This document shows, one piece after another, positions 13,411 to 26,335 of a stretch of 64,000 bases of DNA. Origin of the DNA: Haliotis rubra. Taxonomy: Eukaryota. The stretch covers positions 62,001 to 126,000 of the forward strand of contig NW_025767541.1 of assembly GCF_003918875.1 (NCBI RefSeq). The letters are read 5' to 3'. Each line of letters starts with the position of its first letter. The stretch's first letter is position 1. The translations under genes and the position numbers were made by a program. The notes beneath the pieces were generated by a model. The model ran no database searches, was not told the origin of the DNA, and saw only the letters and a program-made list of their open reading frames with translations.

Positions 13411-13950
13411 TGTTTTACGCCTCTTTTAGCAATATTCCAGCAATATCACGGCAGGGGACACCAGAAATGGGCTTCACACATTGTACCCATGTCAGGAATC
13501 GAACCCGGGTCTTTGGCATCACAAGCGAATGCCTTAACCACCAGGCTACCCCACCGCCCCTGAGATCAAAGACTGACTGAGTTTGGTTTCACGCCGCTTT
13601 TAGCAATATTCCAGCAATATCACGGCGGGGGACTGAGATCAAAGAAATGATTGAGCAAAGACTGAATAAGTAACATGTTACGCAGGTTTTAACAATATTC
13701 CAGCAATATTTTAGCAGAGGAGTAACAATTGGGCTTCACAAATTGTACCCATCTGGGGAATTGAACCAAGGTTTTCAGCATGACAAATATGCGCTTTAAC
13801 CACTTGGTTACCCCAGTGCTCCGATGGAGTGAGAGAGAATATGGTTTTATGCCACTTTTAGCAATATTCCAGCAATATGATGTGGGGGACAGCAGAAATG
13901 GGCTCTTCAGCATCACGAGTGGATGCTTTAACCATATGGCTATCCGACTG
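13411..13950 (-). mobile_element. Cluster of four tRNA-derived SINE family A copies (13411-13560 full; 13571-13632, about 13686-13818 and about 13828-13950 partial or degenerate)
   Basis: Minus-strand head GGGGCGGTGGGGTAGCCTGGTGGTTAAGGC...GACCCGGGTTCGATTCC (pol III A/B boxes, tRNA-Asp-like). Tail GCTGGAATATTGCTAAAAGCGGCGTAAAAC. Confidence 0.88.
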
Positions 13951-14280
13951 AGCTAAGACAGCAGTTTGGTCAGAGAACTCATGTTGCCCCTTCATGTAAT
14001 GATTACATTCCTGGGCCTCTATCCATACATATCTGCAGCAATACAACCTTGAACTATGAACTGTACTGGGGTCCCCAGCCTTTCTAATGATGCAACAGCA
14101 TAGTAAAAAGCAGTATTTGAGATTACTTTCTTAATGTTGGGCATAAGGAGAGTGGAAAATGATGACACATGATGGCCACAATCCAGTGCAGTTGCACTGA
14201 AAGCATATCATAACTGACAAGTTGAGTCTCCCCAGGACAAGATCACTCCAACATTCAAAGAGGGAACAATTATAATTATG

Positions 14281-15166
14281 ATTAGTGGGTTCACACAGGT
14301 AACAATTACCTGTCTGGGGACATCAGTGGGTTTGCACAGGTAACAAATACCTGTCTGGGGATATTAGTGGGTTCACACAGGTGACAAATACCTGTCTGTG
14401 GATATTAGTGGGTTCAGACAGGTAACAAATGCCTATCTGGGGATATTAGTGGGTTCACACAGGTGACAAATACCTGTCTGGGGATATTAATCAGTTCACA
14501 CAGGTAACAAATACCTGTCTGTGGATATTAATCGGTTCAGACAGGCAACAAATACCTGTCTGTGGATATTAATCGGTCCACACAGGTAACAAGTACCTGT
14601 CTGGGGATATTAGTGGGATTACACAGGTAACAAGTACCTGTCTGGGGATATTAGTGGGATTACACAGGTAACAAGTACCTGTCTGAGGATATTAGTGGGA
14701 TTACACAGGTAACAATTACCTGTCTGAGGATATTTGTGTGTTCACACAGGTGACAAGTCCCTGTCTGGGGATATTTGTGTGTTCACACAGGTAACAAGTA
14801 CCTGTCTGGGGATATTAGTGGGATTACACAGGTAACAATTACCTGTCTGAGGATATTTGTGTGTTCACACAGGTGACAAGTCCCTGTCTGGGGATATTTG
14901 TGTGTTCACACAGGTGACAAGTACCTGTCTGGGGATATTAGTGGGATCACACAGGTAACAAGTACCTGTCTGGGGATATTAGTGGGATCACACAGGTAAC
15001 AAGTACCTGTCTGGGGATATTAGTGGGATCACACAGGTGACAAGTACCTGTCTGGGGATATTAGTGGGATCACACAGGTAACAAGTACCTGTCTGGGGAT
15101 ATTAGTGGGATTACACAGGTAACAAGTACCTGTCTGGGGATATTAGTGGGATCACACAGGTGACAA
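14281..15166. repeat. 41-bp minisatellite, about 21 copies
   Basis: Unit gggatattagtgggatcacacaggtaacaagtacctgtctg. Internal 7-bp dyad ACAGGTA/TACCTGT. Confidence 0.95.
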
Positions 15167-15796
15167 GCGGAGAAACATTCCAGAGTTCATGACTGCCAAA
15201 CTCGTTACCAACATAAATAGCATTATGAAAAATGGGTCCAGCAATCACATTTCCACCCCAACAAAGACAACAATGTATCTGTTTCGGTTGTTTTATTTCA
15301 CCAGTCCCAGTAACAGTGGTCCCCAAACAAGGCCTGACGTAATGCACGACTGGCCCTTGTGGTAATCAATGATGAACATGAGACTTCCTCTCCTACAGGA
15401 AAAAACACAGGGAACACTCCTGAACACATACATTTCTGTAAAACTCATCAAGCTTGCACATTCCATTCAGAACCCTCAGATGTCCCTGTAGACTAACGGT
15501 TAGTCTCTGAATAAATAATTTGATAGAAACTAAAAAAATCCTTTTAAATTAAACAGAAGCCCCATTGAGATGGGAGATTCAGAACCTGAGGACATCTAGA
15601 CTTGCTTCATTTACAGCTTCAGTATTGCAGAAAGGGTTGGGCGGATGAGAAAGTAATGTGGTTGAGGGACTGTGAGACAGACTAAGGTCCCTGTAACCAG
15701 TCATTAAGATGTAGCAGACCAACACACATGATTACACCACAAACACATCACCCAAGATTTATGATCACCATCATTCTGACAAATCTGAAGTTCTAC

Positions 15797-15919
15797 AGGC
15801 TAGCTATTCTCGAAATGTTCGTAGCCCTATGAACTTCTTAAGCCCATTCTTAACACATTGGTTACAATCAAAGTTAAGAATTCTTAGGGCTACAAACGTT
15901 TCGTGAATAAGGGCCCAGC
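15797..15919. mobile_element. Palindromic MITE
   Basis: Imperfect inverted arms tattctcgaaatgttcgtagccctatgaacttcttaa / ttaagaattcttagggctacaaacgtttcgtgaata. Confidence 0.7.
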
Positions 15920-17832
15920 TCTGTATTTAGTGACTAGCTCCCATACAGCCAAATGTTATGTTCAACAAAGTCAACAGCACCTACTTCAAGCAATGTCTAA
16001 ACTTGATAATGACGCTACTGATTTCAACTGAGATTTCTATTGATATTGCTGTTAGGATTCTGAAATCTTGACAAGGTAACAATTATATTTCCCAACTATA
16101 CTTTATTCTTCATATTTAGTTTGAATTACTTTGCCCAAAAGAAAAATAACATTTAACGCATGGTGGTAGATAAACATACTCTGTTCCTGTTTAAACGGTT
16201 TTCAAGTTGGTTCAGTTAATCTATGTTTTTTGCCGTATTTTTTCAAGATTAATTTTCCCCACTCAAAAAACAAAATCCTAATGCTTTTATTGGCCAAAAA
16301 TGTAAACTTACAGAAAAAGTTTTTTTCAGATTGTCTTTTGCCCCATATACACTTCATAAATTGACAAAAGTAAAATACTGTGAGTATTTAGAAGGAATAT
16401 TACTTTGACTAGTGATTCCCCCCCATCCCCCCACCCCCACGCCTTTAGGTTTTCTGAGGGCAAAAAATCCATAAAACAAGAAATTAAATTGGTCTGGCCT
16501 AATGAATGAAAAACGGGCATGTTTCAACTTTCATATCGTACAGTGGTTATCAAGTGTCAGTAAGTATTCAGGGTATCGACCTCATATTGGTCCAGCTAAA
16601 CTGCAGTCAGCAGGTTCATCGCCATTATTGGTAGGTATTCAAGTGTAGCCATGGTTACAGTTTGCAATGATGAGTAACATGGTAACAGACTGCACCATCT
16701 GTCACTATGAAGTCAGAGACAACTCTGGGAGCGGGATTATAGGAGATGACAAGACAGTATCGACTGTAAGTCAACACAGAAGACTATTTCAAGTAAACTG
16801 CTATCAACAACCTAAGAAATATATCCATTTGGCACTTTGTTAGAATCCTTAAAATAATTTGTACAGAAGTTGAAAATTTGCGTTCCAATACCAGTACAGT
16901 CACATAGGGCAAAATTACAGACCAATACATACTGACATTATTCCAAAGTAAAAACATTAACATAAAAACTATATTTTATTCTTACGAAGAGCAAATTGAT
17001 GATTATGGTTTGGCCAATGTGTCGTCATATTAGCAGCAGTATCTTGGGAAATATTATAAATGAATACAAACTATTACCTTCATGTTTCCTGCCAGTACTT
17101 TCACTGACAGAAAATAACACCCGGTATTAGTCATATTTTAGTGTCAAACATGTATGCTATTATACAAGTGTATATGACATGACCTACATTAAATACAAAT
17201 CCAATACCTTCAATAAGTTTATTAATTCTGAATTGTGAAGCAGCTGCTCTCCAGATTGCCCCAATAATCCACTGAGCCCTACAACCAAACAATGAACCTG
17301 AACAATATAAGCCAGATACATTTTGTTACACTGCCAAACATTCTGACTCATAAGACTTCCAATTTGCCCAAAGCTGTGACTATAATTAATTTTTAAACCA
17401 CTATTTTGTGTTTCATAAAATCAATACATATGTTTTGGAGACATTAAAATTGAATAATGTTCAGGGAATTGACGAATTTATCAGAAACACATTTCTCAAA
17501 TCTGGATCTCTGGACCTGATTAGTATCTTATAAACACCAAGTAGTTTTTGACAGTGACAATCTTTAGAAATACATCCAACAAATGACAGAAACTCAATGA
17601 AATATGAAATTCTCATATTCCAGCAGGAGATTAATAAATAGTGTGTTACCATGGTTACAGAAACCATTTTCAAAATGCCCTGAATTATCCATGCCATTTT
17701 CATCGCACAAATTAATAAACAAAGATTAACGATTAATCATGGACAAACAAAATATTTAAGAAAATAAGTGACACAATGCAACAACACTATCCAGTCTGTC
17801 CAGCCTGTAAAAATATAACAACCATTCGTCAG

Positions 17833-18938
17833 TTACACACTTTCTGCTTTTCGCCACTTCCGTAAGTAGTTAACAATGCCCAGAGCTCCTCCGATGCCAA
17901 AACGGACAAAGTTGTCACTGACCAGAGGTCCGAGGGCAAAAAGCCCTGGTTCATAGACGGATTCGTATGTGAAGGGGTTAATCTGAAATGGGTTGTGTTT
18001 ACTGTCAATTTGCCAGTTTTGAACCACCCCCAAATTGCGCCCTCCGTTTGGCAAGAATGACAGGTCTGACCTCGACCCAATCATTACAACAACAATCGAG
18101 GTATCAAACGAGGAAATCGTGTCACCCTGTACTGACTGTATCAGAACTTTCTTGTCATACTTAATTTCCACAACCTTGTGTTTGGAATATGGTTTGTATA
18201 ACTCAGTCTCTGTTTTGCCACGCATCATGGAGTGCACACGGTGATACTCAGGATACATGGGCACCGGCAGTTTCCTGAAGATCAGAGACGGATCATTCGG
18301 TCCACGACGGAACACATGAATCACCGGGATATTGTACTCAGTTGCCATGAGAATAGTGTCCGCTGCACTTAAACCGGCACCAATCACCAACACAGGGTCA
18401 CACGATCCAGTCAGTTCCCCTGATTTCATGATCTTCTCGAAGTCTGGTAGGGAATGGACCACATGGGGCAAGGTCTCCCCTGTAATTGCAAGACGGTTTG
18501 GAATGTCGTATGTCCCAGTGGCCAGTATCACGTAATGAGACACAAAGCAAAACTCCTCCCTGATCGTGTTGCCATTGTCGAAGTCACAGTCTTCAGCAAT
18601 TAGTCTGTAGCCTCGAACCTCCCACAAGTAACCATGATTCTTCTTGACGTTCTTACAACACGGTTCCACCTCCCCACTCTCACTGTCGGCACAGGCTCGA
18701 ACCTGGAACACCTTCTGAACAGATGTTACAGTGTGATAGTCATAGAAATGGCGTTGCAGATTCTTTTCCTTCACGAACCGGAGTAATAATCTTTCACGTC
18801 TCCGACCGTGGCTCTCCCTGAGTGATTACCCGTATGTATAGATGAACTCTTGCGATTGGCCAGCCACTCTCGGAAGGGAACTGTGGGTAACTCCATCCAG
18901 TTGTTCTGGCTCACTGTTTGCATGCTGCCATCCATTCG
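17833..18938 (-). CDS. OSGIN: OSGIN1/2-like gene, last coding exon (FAD/NAD(P)-binding oxidoreductase fold); apparent 1-bp deletion near 18782
   Basis: Acceptor tctatcctccag. RMDGSMQTVSQNNWMELP...RATVGDVKDYY, then one base off, RFVKEKNL...VILATGTYDIPNRL..DPVLVIGAGLSAAD..YPEYHRVHSMM..GLFALGPLVSDNFVRFGIGGAL. These are the characteristic OSGIN motifs. Stop TAA at 17833-17835. Confidence 0.93.
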
Positions 18939-19294
18939 CTGGAGGATAGAAATTATCTGAGTTAAAACTTTTCAAACATTTCAATGACACTCATTGAACA
19001 CAAGGCAGAAAAATTCTAATAACAAACAGAAGAGTGAAACTGGTCTGTTATCTTAACAAGTTAGTTAGTTCTTCAACGTCGGACTCAGCAGTATTTCAGC
19101 TATATGGCTGATTCACAAGTTAGTGAATAATATCATTATCTTCTGGATGTACATGACTTAAACAAGTTAAAGAATGCATATCCACAAATTGAGGACTTGA
19201 CAGATTAACTATGGTTACAATAGAAACTGTTTGATCCTAAAATTTTTGGAATATTATACATGGATGAATTTTTTTATAATAGATCTAAGCGTAC

Positions 19295-19486
19295 CTGCCA
19301 TGATCCCCCTGGACGGGTCTTGCCGAGAACTGCATGGGGTATTTCATACTGTTCTTCATGCTTCCAGTCCAAGACAGTGGAGTTATCTGCCCCTAGATCT
19401 GCTTCTGGGTGAGACAGGGCATCAAAGAGTAAGGCCACTGGGTTAGGGGATCTGCCCTCGAGACCCTCAGACAGAAACTCCAGGTC
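19295..19486 (-). CDS. OSGIN: OSGIN-like coding exon 3 (192 nt, phase 0/0)
   Basis: ttcag|DLEFLSEGLEGRSPNPVALLFDALSHPEADLG...IPHAVLGKTRPGGSWQ|gtacgc, a highly conserved OSGIN block. Confidence 0.95.
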
Positions 19487-19914
19487 CTGAAACACACAGA
19501 ATGATGATAACACAGAAAAAATAAAGAGCAAGTGATTCTGTGCCATTTGACTGAAACTATACCAACACACCCTAAAAAAGATGATGCCTACAAATACACA
19601 ACTGTTTCTTGATTGGTTGATGAGATTATGGGCAGGGCTTTGATGAGAGAATGGGCAGGGCTTGATTTGCATCACCGTGCTAAAGGATGTCACAGATTTC
19701 ACAACATTGTCTACAGTTTGGGCATATTAATGATCAAATGAAAAGTCTGTGAAGTTATTAGCTTTGATAAATCTATAAGTACTGATTTCCAGTACGACTG
19801 CAGTTGTAAACTGGAAAAATGATGCACACACTTTTGTAAATCCAGCACACAGATATTCACCTCGTCAATGCTTAAATATACAAGAGCAATACTACCACAG
19901 CTGTTGTAATTGAG

Positions 19915-20159
19915 TGAGTGAGTGAGTTTAGTTTTACACCACACTCAGCAATATTCTACCTGTATGGCGACAGTCTATAAATAATCAAGTTTGGACCAGA
20001 CGATCCAGTGATCAACAGCATGAGCATCGATCCGCGCAATTGGGAACCGATGACATGTGTCAACCAAGTCAGCGGGCCTGACCACCCGATCCCATTAGTC
20101 GCCTCTTACGACAAGCATGGGTTACTGAAGATCAATTCTACCCCAGATCTTCACGGGTT
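19915..20159 (-). mobile_element. SINE family B, full length, 14-bp TSD
   Basis: TSD ctgttgtaattgag at 19901-19914 and 20160-20173. Non-tRNA head AACCCGTGAAGATC...GTCGTAAGAGGCGACTAA. (ACTC)n tail. Confidence 0.9.
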
Positions 20160-20194
20160 CTGTTGTAATTGAGCCTAGAGACGAGCCACTATAC

Positions 20195-20329
20195 CTGATC
20201 TACAATGGAGATGTCCTTAGCTTTCTGAAGCTTTCTGGTAAGAATGTCATTTGGATGTATTGCACCGTTGAAGAAAGGCCGGTTCCCCCGAGAGCATGAA
20301 GGACAGACTGATGGCTGACGGGCCATTTC
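20195..20329 (-). CDS. OSGIN: OSGIN-like coding exon 2 (phase 1/0); one extra G in a G5 run at 20285-20289
   Basis: ttcag|(G)NGPSAISLSFMLSG / NRPFFNGAIHPNDILTRKLQKAKDISIVDQ|gtatag. Contains the GxGPS dinucleotide-binding motif. Length is 135 nt where 134 is needed. Confidence 0.9.
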
Positions 20330-20642
20330 CTGAAAGAAAGAAAAGATTATGAGTGAAACCATACACTGATGTGAGCACCAACTACGACGAGCCATGTGAT
20401 TCTGATGCTGTGAACAAACACCTGAATGTCTCCTGCACGTGTTCTGATCCTTGCTTACTCTTTCCAGTAAACACTTCCACATACATAATCCCATTTTCAC
20501 TCAAAATATTCATTCTCACTTGCATTTTTTTAGTTTTTTGCTTCAGCTGCTGCACATATTCCAACCTTCATTTTCGTTGGAATTTTTTCCACTTTCTGAC
20601 GCGGTTATATAATATCAGCTCAAAGGGAAAAAGACACCACCA

Positions 20643-22190
20643 GTGACTAAGCATAAAGTGAGGATGCAACCTGAGTAGGACATGACCTGACATTGTTGCA
20701 GTCAGTTGAATTTAACTCTGACTATGGTCTCAACCTTGTCCAGCACAGCAGGGCAACAAGTGCCAACTAAATACCACGTATACAGCATTGCAAGGATACA
20801 AGTATAAGGTATACACCATGTATACAGCATTGCAAGGATACAAGTATAAGGTATACACTATGTATACAGCATTGCAAGGATACAAGTATAAGGTATACAA
20901 CATTTCAAGGAAACTAGTGCAAGGTATACACCATGTATACAGCATTGCAAGGATACAAGTATAAGGTATACACCATGTATACAGCATTGCAAGGATACAA
21001 GTATAAGGTATACACCATGTATACAGCATTGCAAGGATACAAGTATAAGGTATACACCATGTATACAGCATTGCAAGGATACAAGTATAAGGTATACACC
21101 ATGTATACAGCATTGCAAGGATACAAGTATAAGGTATACACCATGTATACAACATTGCAAGGATACAAGTATAAGGTATACACCATGTATACAGCATTTC
21201 AAGGATACAAGTATAAGGTATACACTATGTATACAGCATTTCAAGGATACAAGAGTATAAGGTATGCACTATGTATACAGCATTTCAAGGATACAAGTAT
21301 AAGGTATACACCATGTATACAGCATTGCAAGGATACAAGTATAAGGTATACACCATGTATACAACATTGCAAGGATACAAGTATAAGGTATACACCATGT
21401 ATACAGCATTGCAAGGATACAAGTATAAGGTATACACCACGTATACAACATTTCAAGGAAACTAGTGCACATATATGCACGTGACAATTCACATTCAGCA
21501 TTACCGAGTGGCCCCTAGAACAACCATATAGAGCATGGCCTTTATAGGTGGGGAATATATACCAGTAACACGCCTATGTTCATAGTTCTAAAAAACAGGT
21601 GGAGTATACACTTGACAAAAACACGGCCATGGAAATAAACATCTCCTTATGAATTCCTCTCTCATATGACTAAGCACATTTTTGCACAGCATTCTTGCAC
21701 TACCTGTAGTGAATAACTAGAACATTCTTGATGACTCAGTACAAATACAACCGAACACATTTACATCCACCCTCCTTCCCTTTAACCCGAGATAACCAAT
21801 GTTCGCCGTGCATCATTAAACAGGACACTGCGATACGTCAGACCACAGCAGATGACGAGTGGTACCAAATGTATAGCGCAACTGAATGAGCGTTCCAGTG
21901 GATGGGTTTCATCAAAGCTCATGTTTTTTTCCCATAGCAGGGCCTCTGACCTATAAAGCTAAGTATGTACTTTTATGATATCACATGCAGATATCAACCT
22001 GCCTTGTCATACTATAGAACACTGCCATGATTAAAAACACTTACTCACATGCCAATTACAGACCATGCAATTCCATGTACAGCTATTTCAAATGACATTT
22101 GTTTCAAGGACAAAGAAAGATGGTAAATTTACATTTTTTCATTTTTGCATTGCTGAGTCAGAATGACTTGCATCTGCAGCGTTACTCAGC
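20643..22190. promoter_or_regulatory. Cluster of antioxidant response elements (Nrf2/CncC-sMaf type) in an OSGIN intron
   Basis: GTGACTAAGCA 20643-20653, ATGACTAAGCA 21666-21676, TGCTGAGTCA 22151-22160, and near-matches ATGACTCAGTA 21731 and TTACTCAGC 22182. Confidence 0.6.
20777..21462. repeat. 42-bp minisatellite, about 16 copies
   Basis: Unit tatacagcattgcaaggatacaagtataaggtatacaccatg. Contains the GTATACA-cca-TGTATAC dyad. Confidence 0.95.
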
Positions 22191-22473
22191 GTTCCACTCA
22201 ACCCTGTAAGGTCATTAAACACACCCCAAAGTTACATGTCGGGTAATCAAGCATGTATCTCTGTCATTCACTCACTACAATTACTTCCACAAGGAAAGGA
22301 GATACCTTCCACAGGGATGGGCATCTCAAACTTTATATGTCTATTATTGAAACCTCTGCACCAACTAGCCAGGCAATACTTTCTTGTCATTGTTATATCA
22401 GCTAGGGTGGAGACAAAAATTAGAAAAAGACAAATACACTTGTTTAGGTCAATGTTTTTTTGTTTGGCAGTTT

Positions 22474-22570
22474 GATCACTGGATTGTCTGGTCCAGACTC
22501 GATTATTTACAGACGACTACCATATAGCTGGAATATTGCTGAGTGTGGCGTAAAACTAAACTCACTCCCT
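22474..22570 (+). mobile_element. SINE family B, 5'-truncated, TSD tttggcagttt
   Basis: gatcactggattgtctggtccagactcg...gctggaatattgctgagtgtggcgtaaaactaaactcactc flanked by an 11-bp direct repeat. Confidence 0.85.
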
Positions 22571-23867
22571 CATTTGGCAGTTTAGGGGTGTGCTTTCAGT
22601 TGGCTAAACAATCACTACAGCTCTAGAAAGTTGACTATTTTTACAGCAAATACAATACCAGAAATACCGGGATTTATCCATGCATCCAAACTGGTGTCCT
22701 CAGCAAGTTATATGGGGAAAATATTATCATTACACTCAAATTGGTCAGTAAAAAAAACAAATAACCCGTACAAAGCTATAACAAGATTTGGAAAATTTGT
22801 AATTCCAATTTGGACATATTTGTTGACCTTCACAGCAGACTAGTCATTCCTGGTATGCATGTTAACTTCACACAGTCCTGTGTATGACATTATGTTGGTT
22901 TGGTCAAGACTCGATTATTGACAGGTCATTGTCGTATCGGCATTTAACCACAAACAAACTTAAGATATTCCCAATACTGCCACACCATTATGTCTAACTC
23001 CTGCAGCCCGTAGGAAGAATGTTGAGTTAGTCCTAGTTCAGATGAGTAACGTTCTTGATGTATATAGCAAATACACACTGATGAAGAGGCATTCCATCAA
23101 CCGACCAGTCTGCAACAGATTGTTGCCCTTAAGCTGCCCATTTTCCCATGTTTACATGCAAATAATTTACTAGACTGTGGAAGTGGCAACACACTTTCTC
23201 TGTTGCCATAGAAACCCTAATTACAGTGTAATATTCCAATCCATTACCACAACAGCTGGTGGAGGTTTTCTTTCATGTTGTTTCCAATTCTCTTAGATCT
23301 AATGTGGAAACATAACATTGTTTTTGTGCCTCTGCTGCTGACATAGGCTAGGTTCCACAGCTCCTAATCCATCTGAAGATCTGGGTTACTGGTAGGTCCA
23401 TACTGGATTATTTACAGCAGTATTCAACAAACAAACAAACAAACAAAATTGAAACTCCATTGTTCTGTCTGGTACTAACAGTCTACAATGAATGAACATG
23501 CAAATAAATGTAAAACAACTTTACTGATGGTGACATGTTCCCCTGGAGTGGAATACTACACCCAGTGTAACACTGACTGTTCATTCAGTGAAGCCAGTCA
23601 TACCTGCTTTTGTGATATATGCAGTAAATAAACACTGATAGCTCACTTCCCACATGTCGAGCTGCATGTCACACAGAATGGGAAGTGTGGAATGGCAAAC
23701 ACTGATCTGTTTATTGCATCATAAAGCTCAGTGCACAGCTTCTGCCTTTATATTATCCCAGGTATCAGCTGGCCATATTATCCCATGCTATATTACCCTT
23801 AAAGAGTACATGGCTATGCAACCCACAATATTTTTCCATATCAGTTATCAGATTAGTATATTACTCA

Positions 23868-26335
23868 ATGTTAGGTGGTCCAGGCTATACTAACCCAGGC
23901 CATGTTATCCCAAGCTAGGTGGTACAGACTATACTAACCCAGGCCATGTTATCCCAAGCTAGGTGGTACAGGCTATACTAACCCAGGCCATGTTATCCCA
24001 TGTTAGGTGGTACAGGCTATACTAACCCAGGCCATGTTATCCCAAGCTAGGTGGTACAGACTATACTAACCCAGGCCATATTATCCCATGCTAGGTGGTA
24101 CAGGCTATACTAACCCAGGCCATGTTATCCCATGTTAGGTGGTACAGGCTATACAAACCCAGGCCATGTTATCCCATGCTAGGTAGGTGGTACAGGCTAT
24201 ACTAACCCAGGCCATGTTATCCCAAGCTAGGTGGTACAGGCTATACTAACCCAGGCCATGTTATCCCATGTTAGGTGGTACAGGCTATACTAACCCAGGC
24301 CATGTTATCCCATGTTAGGTGGTACAGGCTATACTAACCCAGGCCATGTTATCCCATGCTAGGTGGTACAGGCTATACTAACCCAGGCCATGTTATCCCA
24401 TGCTAGGTGGTACAGGCTATACTAACCCAGGCCATGTTATCCCATGTTAGGTGGTACAGGCTATACAAACCCAGGCCATGTTATCCCAAGCTAGGTGGTA
24501 CAGGCTATACTAACCCAGGCCATATTATCCCATGCTAGGTGGTACAGGCTATACTAACCCAGGCCATGTTATCCCATGCTAGGTGGTACAGGCTATACTA
24601 ACCCAAGCCACGTTATCCCATGCCAGGTGGTACAGGCTATACTAACCCAGGCCATGTTATCCCATGCTAGGTGGTACAGGCTATACTAACCCAGGCCATA
24701 TTATCCCATGCTAGGTGGTACAGGCTATACTAACCCAGGCCATATTATCCCATGCTAGGTGGTACAGACTATACTAACCCAGGCCATGTTATCCCATGTT
24801 AGGTGGTACAGGCTATACTAACCCAGGCCATGTTATCCCATGTTAGGTGGTACAGGCTATACTAACCCAGGCCATGTTATCCCAAGCTAGGTGGTACAGG
24901 CTATACTAACCCAGGCCATATTATCCCAAGCTAGGTGGTACAGACTATACTAACCCAGGCCATATTATCCCATGTTAGGTGGTACAGGCTATACTAACCC
25001 AGGCCATGTTATCCCATGTTAGGTGGTACAGGCTATACTAACCCAGGCCATGTTATCCCAAGCTAGGTGGTACAGGCTATACTAACCCAGGCCATATTAT
25101 CCCATGCTAGGTGGTACAGGCTATACTTAACCCAGGCCATGTTATCCCAAGCTAGGTGGTACAGGCTATACTAACCCAGGCCATATTATCCCATGCTAGG
25201 TGGTACAGGCTATACTAACCCAGGCCATGTTATCCCATGCTAGGTGGTACAGGCTATACTAACCCAGGCCATGTTATCCCATGCTAGGTGGTACAGGCTA
25301 TACTAACCCAGGCCATGTTATCCCAAGCTAGGTGGTACAGGCTATACTAACCCAGGCCATGTTATCCCATGTTAGGTGGTACAGGCTATACTAACCCAGG
25401 CCATGTTATCCCAAGCTAGGTGGTACAGGCTATACAAACCCAGGCCATGTTATCCCAAGCTAGGTGGTACAGGCTATACAAACCCAGGCCATGTTATCCC
25501 AAGCTAGGTGGTACAGACTATACTAACCCAGGCCATATTATCCCATGCTAGGTGGTACAGGCTATACTAACCCAGGCCATATTATCCCATGCTAGGTGGT
25601 ACAGGCTATACTAACCAAGCCATATTATCCCATGTTTGGTGGTACAGGCTATACTAACCCCAGGCCATATTATCCCCATGTTTGGTGGTACCCAGGGCTA
25701 TACTAACCCAAGCCATATTATCCCATGTTTGGTGGTACAGACTATACTAACCCAAGCCATATTGTCCCATGTTTGGTGGTACAGGATATATCTAACCCAA
25801 GGCCATGTTATCCCATGCTAGGTGGTACAGACTATACTAACCCAGGCCATATCATCCCATGCTAGGTGGTACAGGCTATACCAACCCATGCCATGTTATC
25901 CCATGCTAGGTGGTACAGGCTATACTAACCCAAGCCACGTTATCCCATGCCAGGTGGGTACTAACCCAGGCCATGTTATCCCATGCTAGGTGGTACAGGC
26001 TATACTAACCCAGGCCATATTATCCCATGCTAGGTGGTACAGGCTATACTAACCCAGGCCATATTATCCCATGCTAGGTGGTACAGGCTATACTAACCCA
26101 GGCCATGTTATCCCATGCTAGGTGGTACAGGCTATACTAACCCAGGCCATATTATCCCATGCTAGGTGGTACAGGCTATACTAACCCAGGCCATATTATC
26201 CCATGCTAGGTGGTACAGGCTATACTAACCCAGGCCATGTTATCCCAAGCTAGGTGGTACAGGCTATACTAACCCAGACAATATTAGCCCATGCTATGTG
26301 GTACAGGCTATCCTAATCCAGGCCATACTATTCCA
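23868..26335. repeat. 44-bp minisatellite, about 55 copies
   Basis: Unit caggctatactaacccaggccatgttatcccatgctaggtggta with a few bi-allelic positions. Confidence 0.97.

Noticed and set aside
20730-21501. Long repetitive ORFs on both strands (for example MYTALQGYKYKVYT repeats)
   Set aside because: By-product of a stop-free 42-bp unit inside an OSGIN intron.
14281-26335. 41-, 42- and 44-bp arrays with dyads resembling CRISPR
   Set aside because: Head-to-tail units with no unique spacers, no cas genes, and a eukaryotic context.
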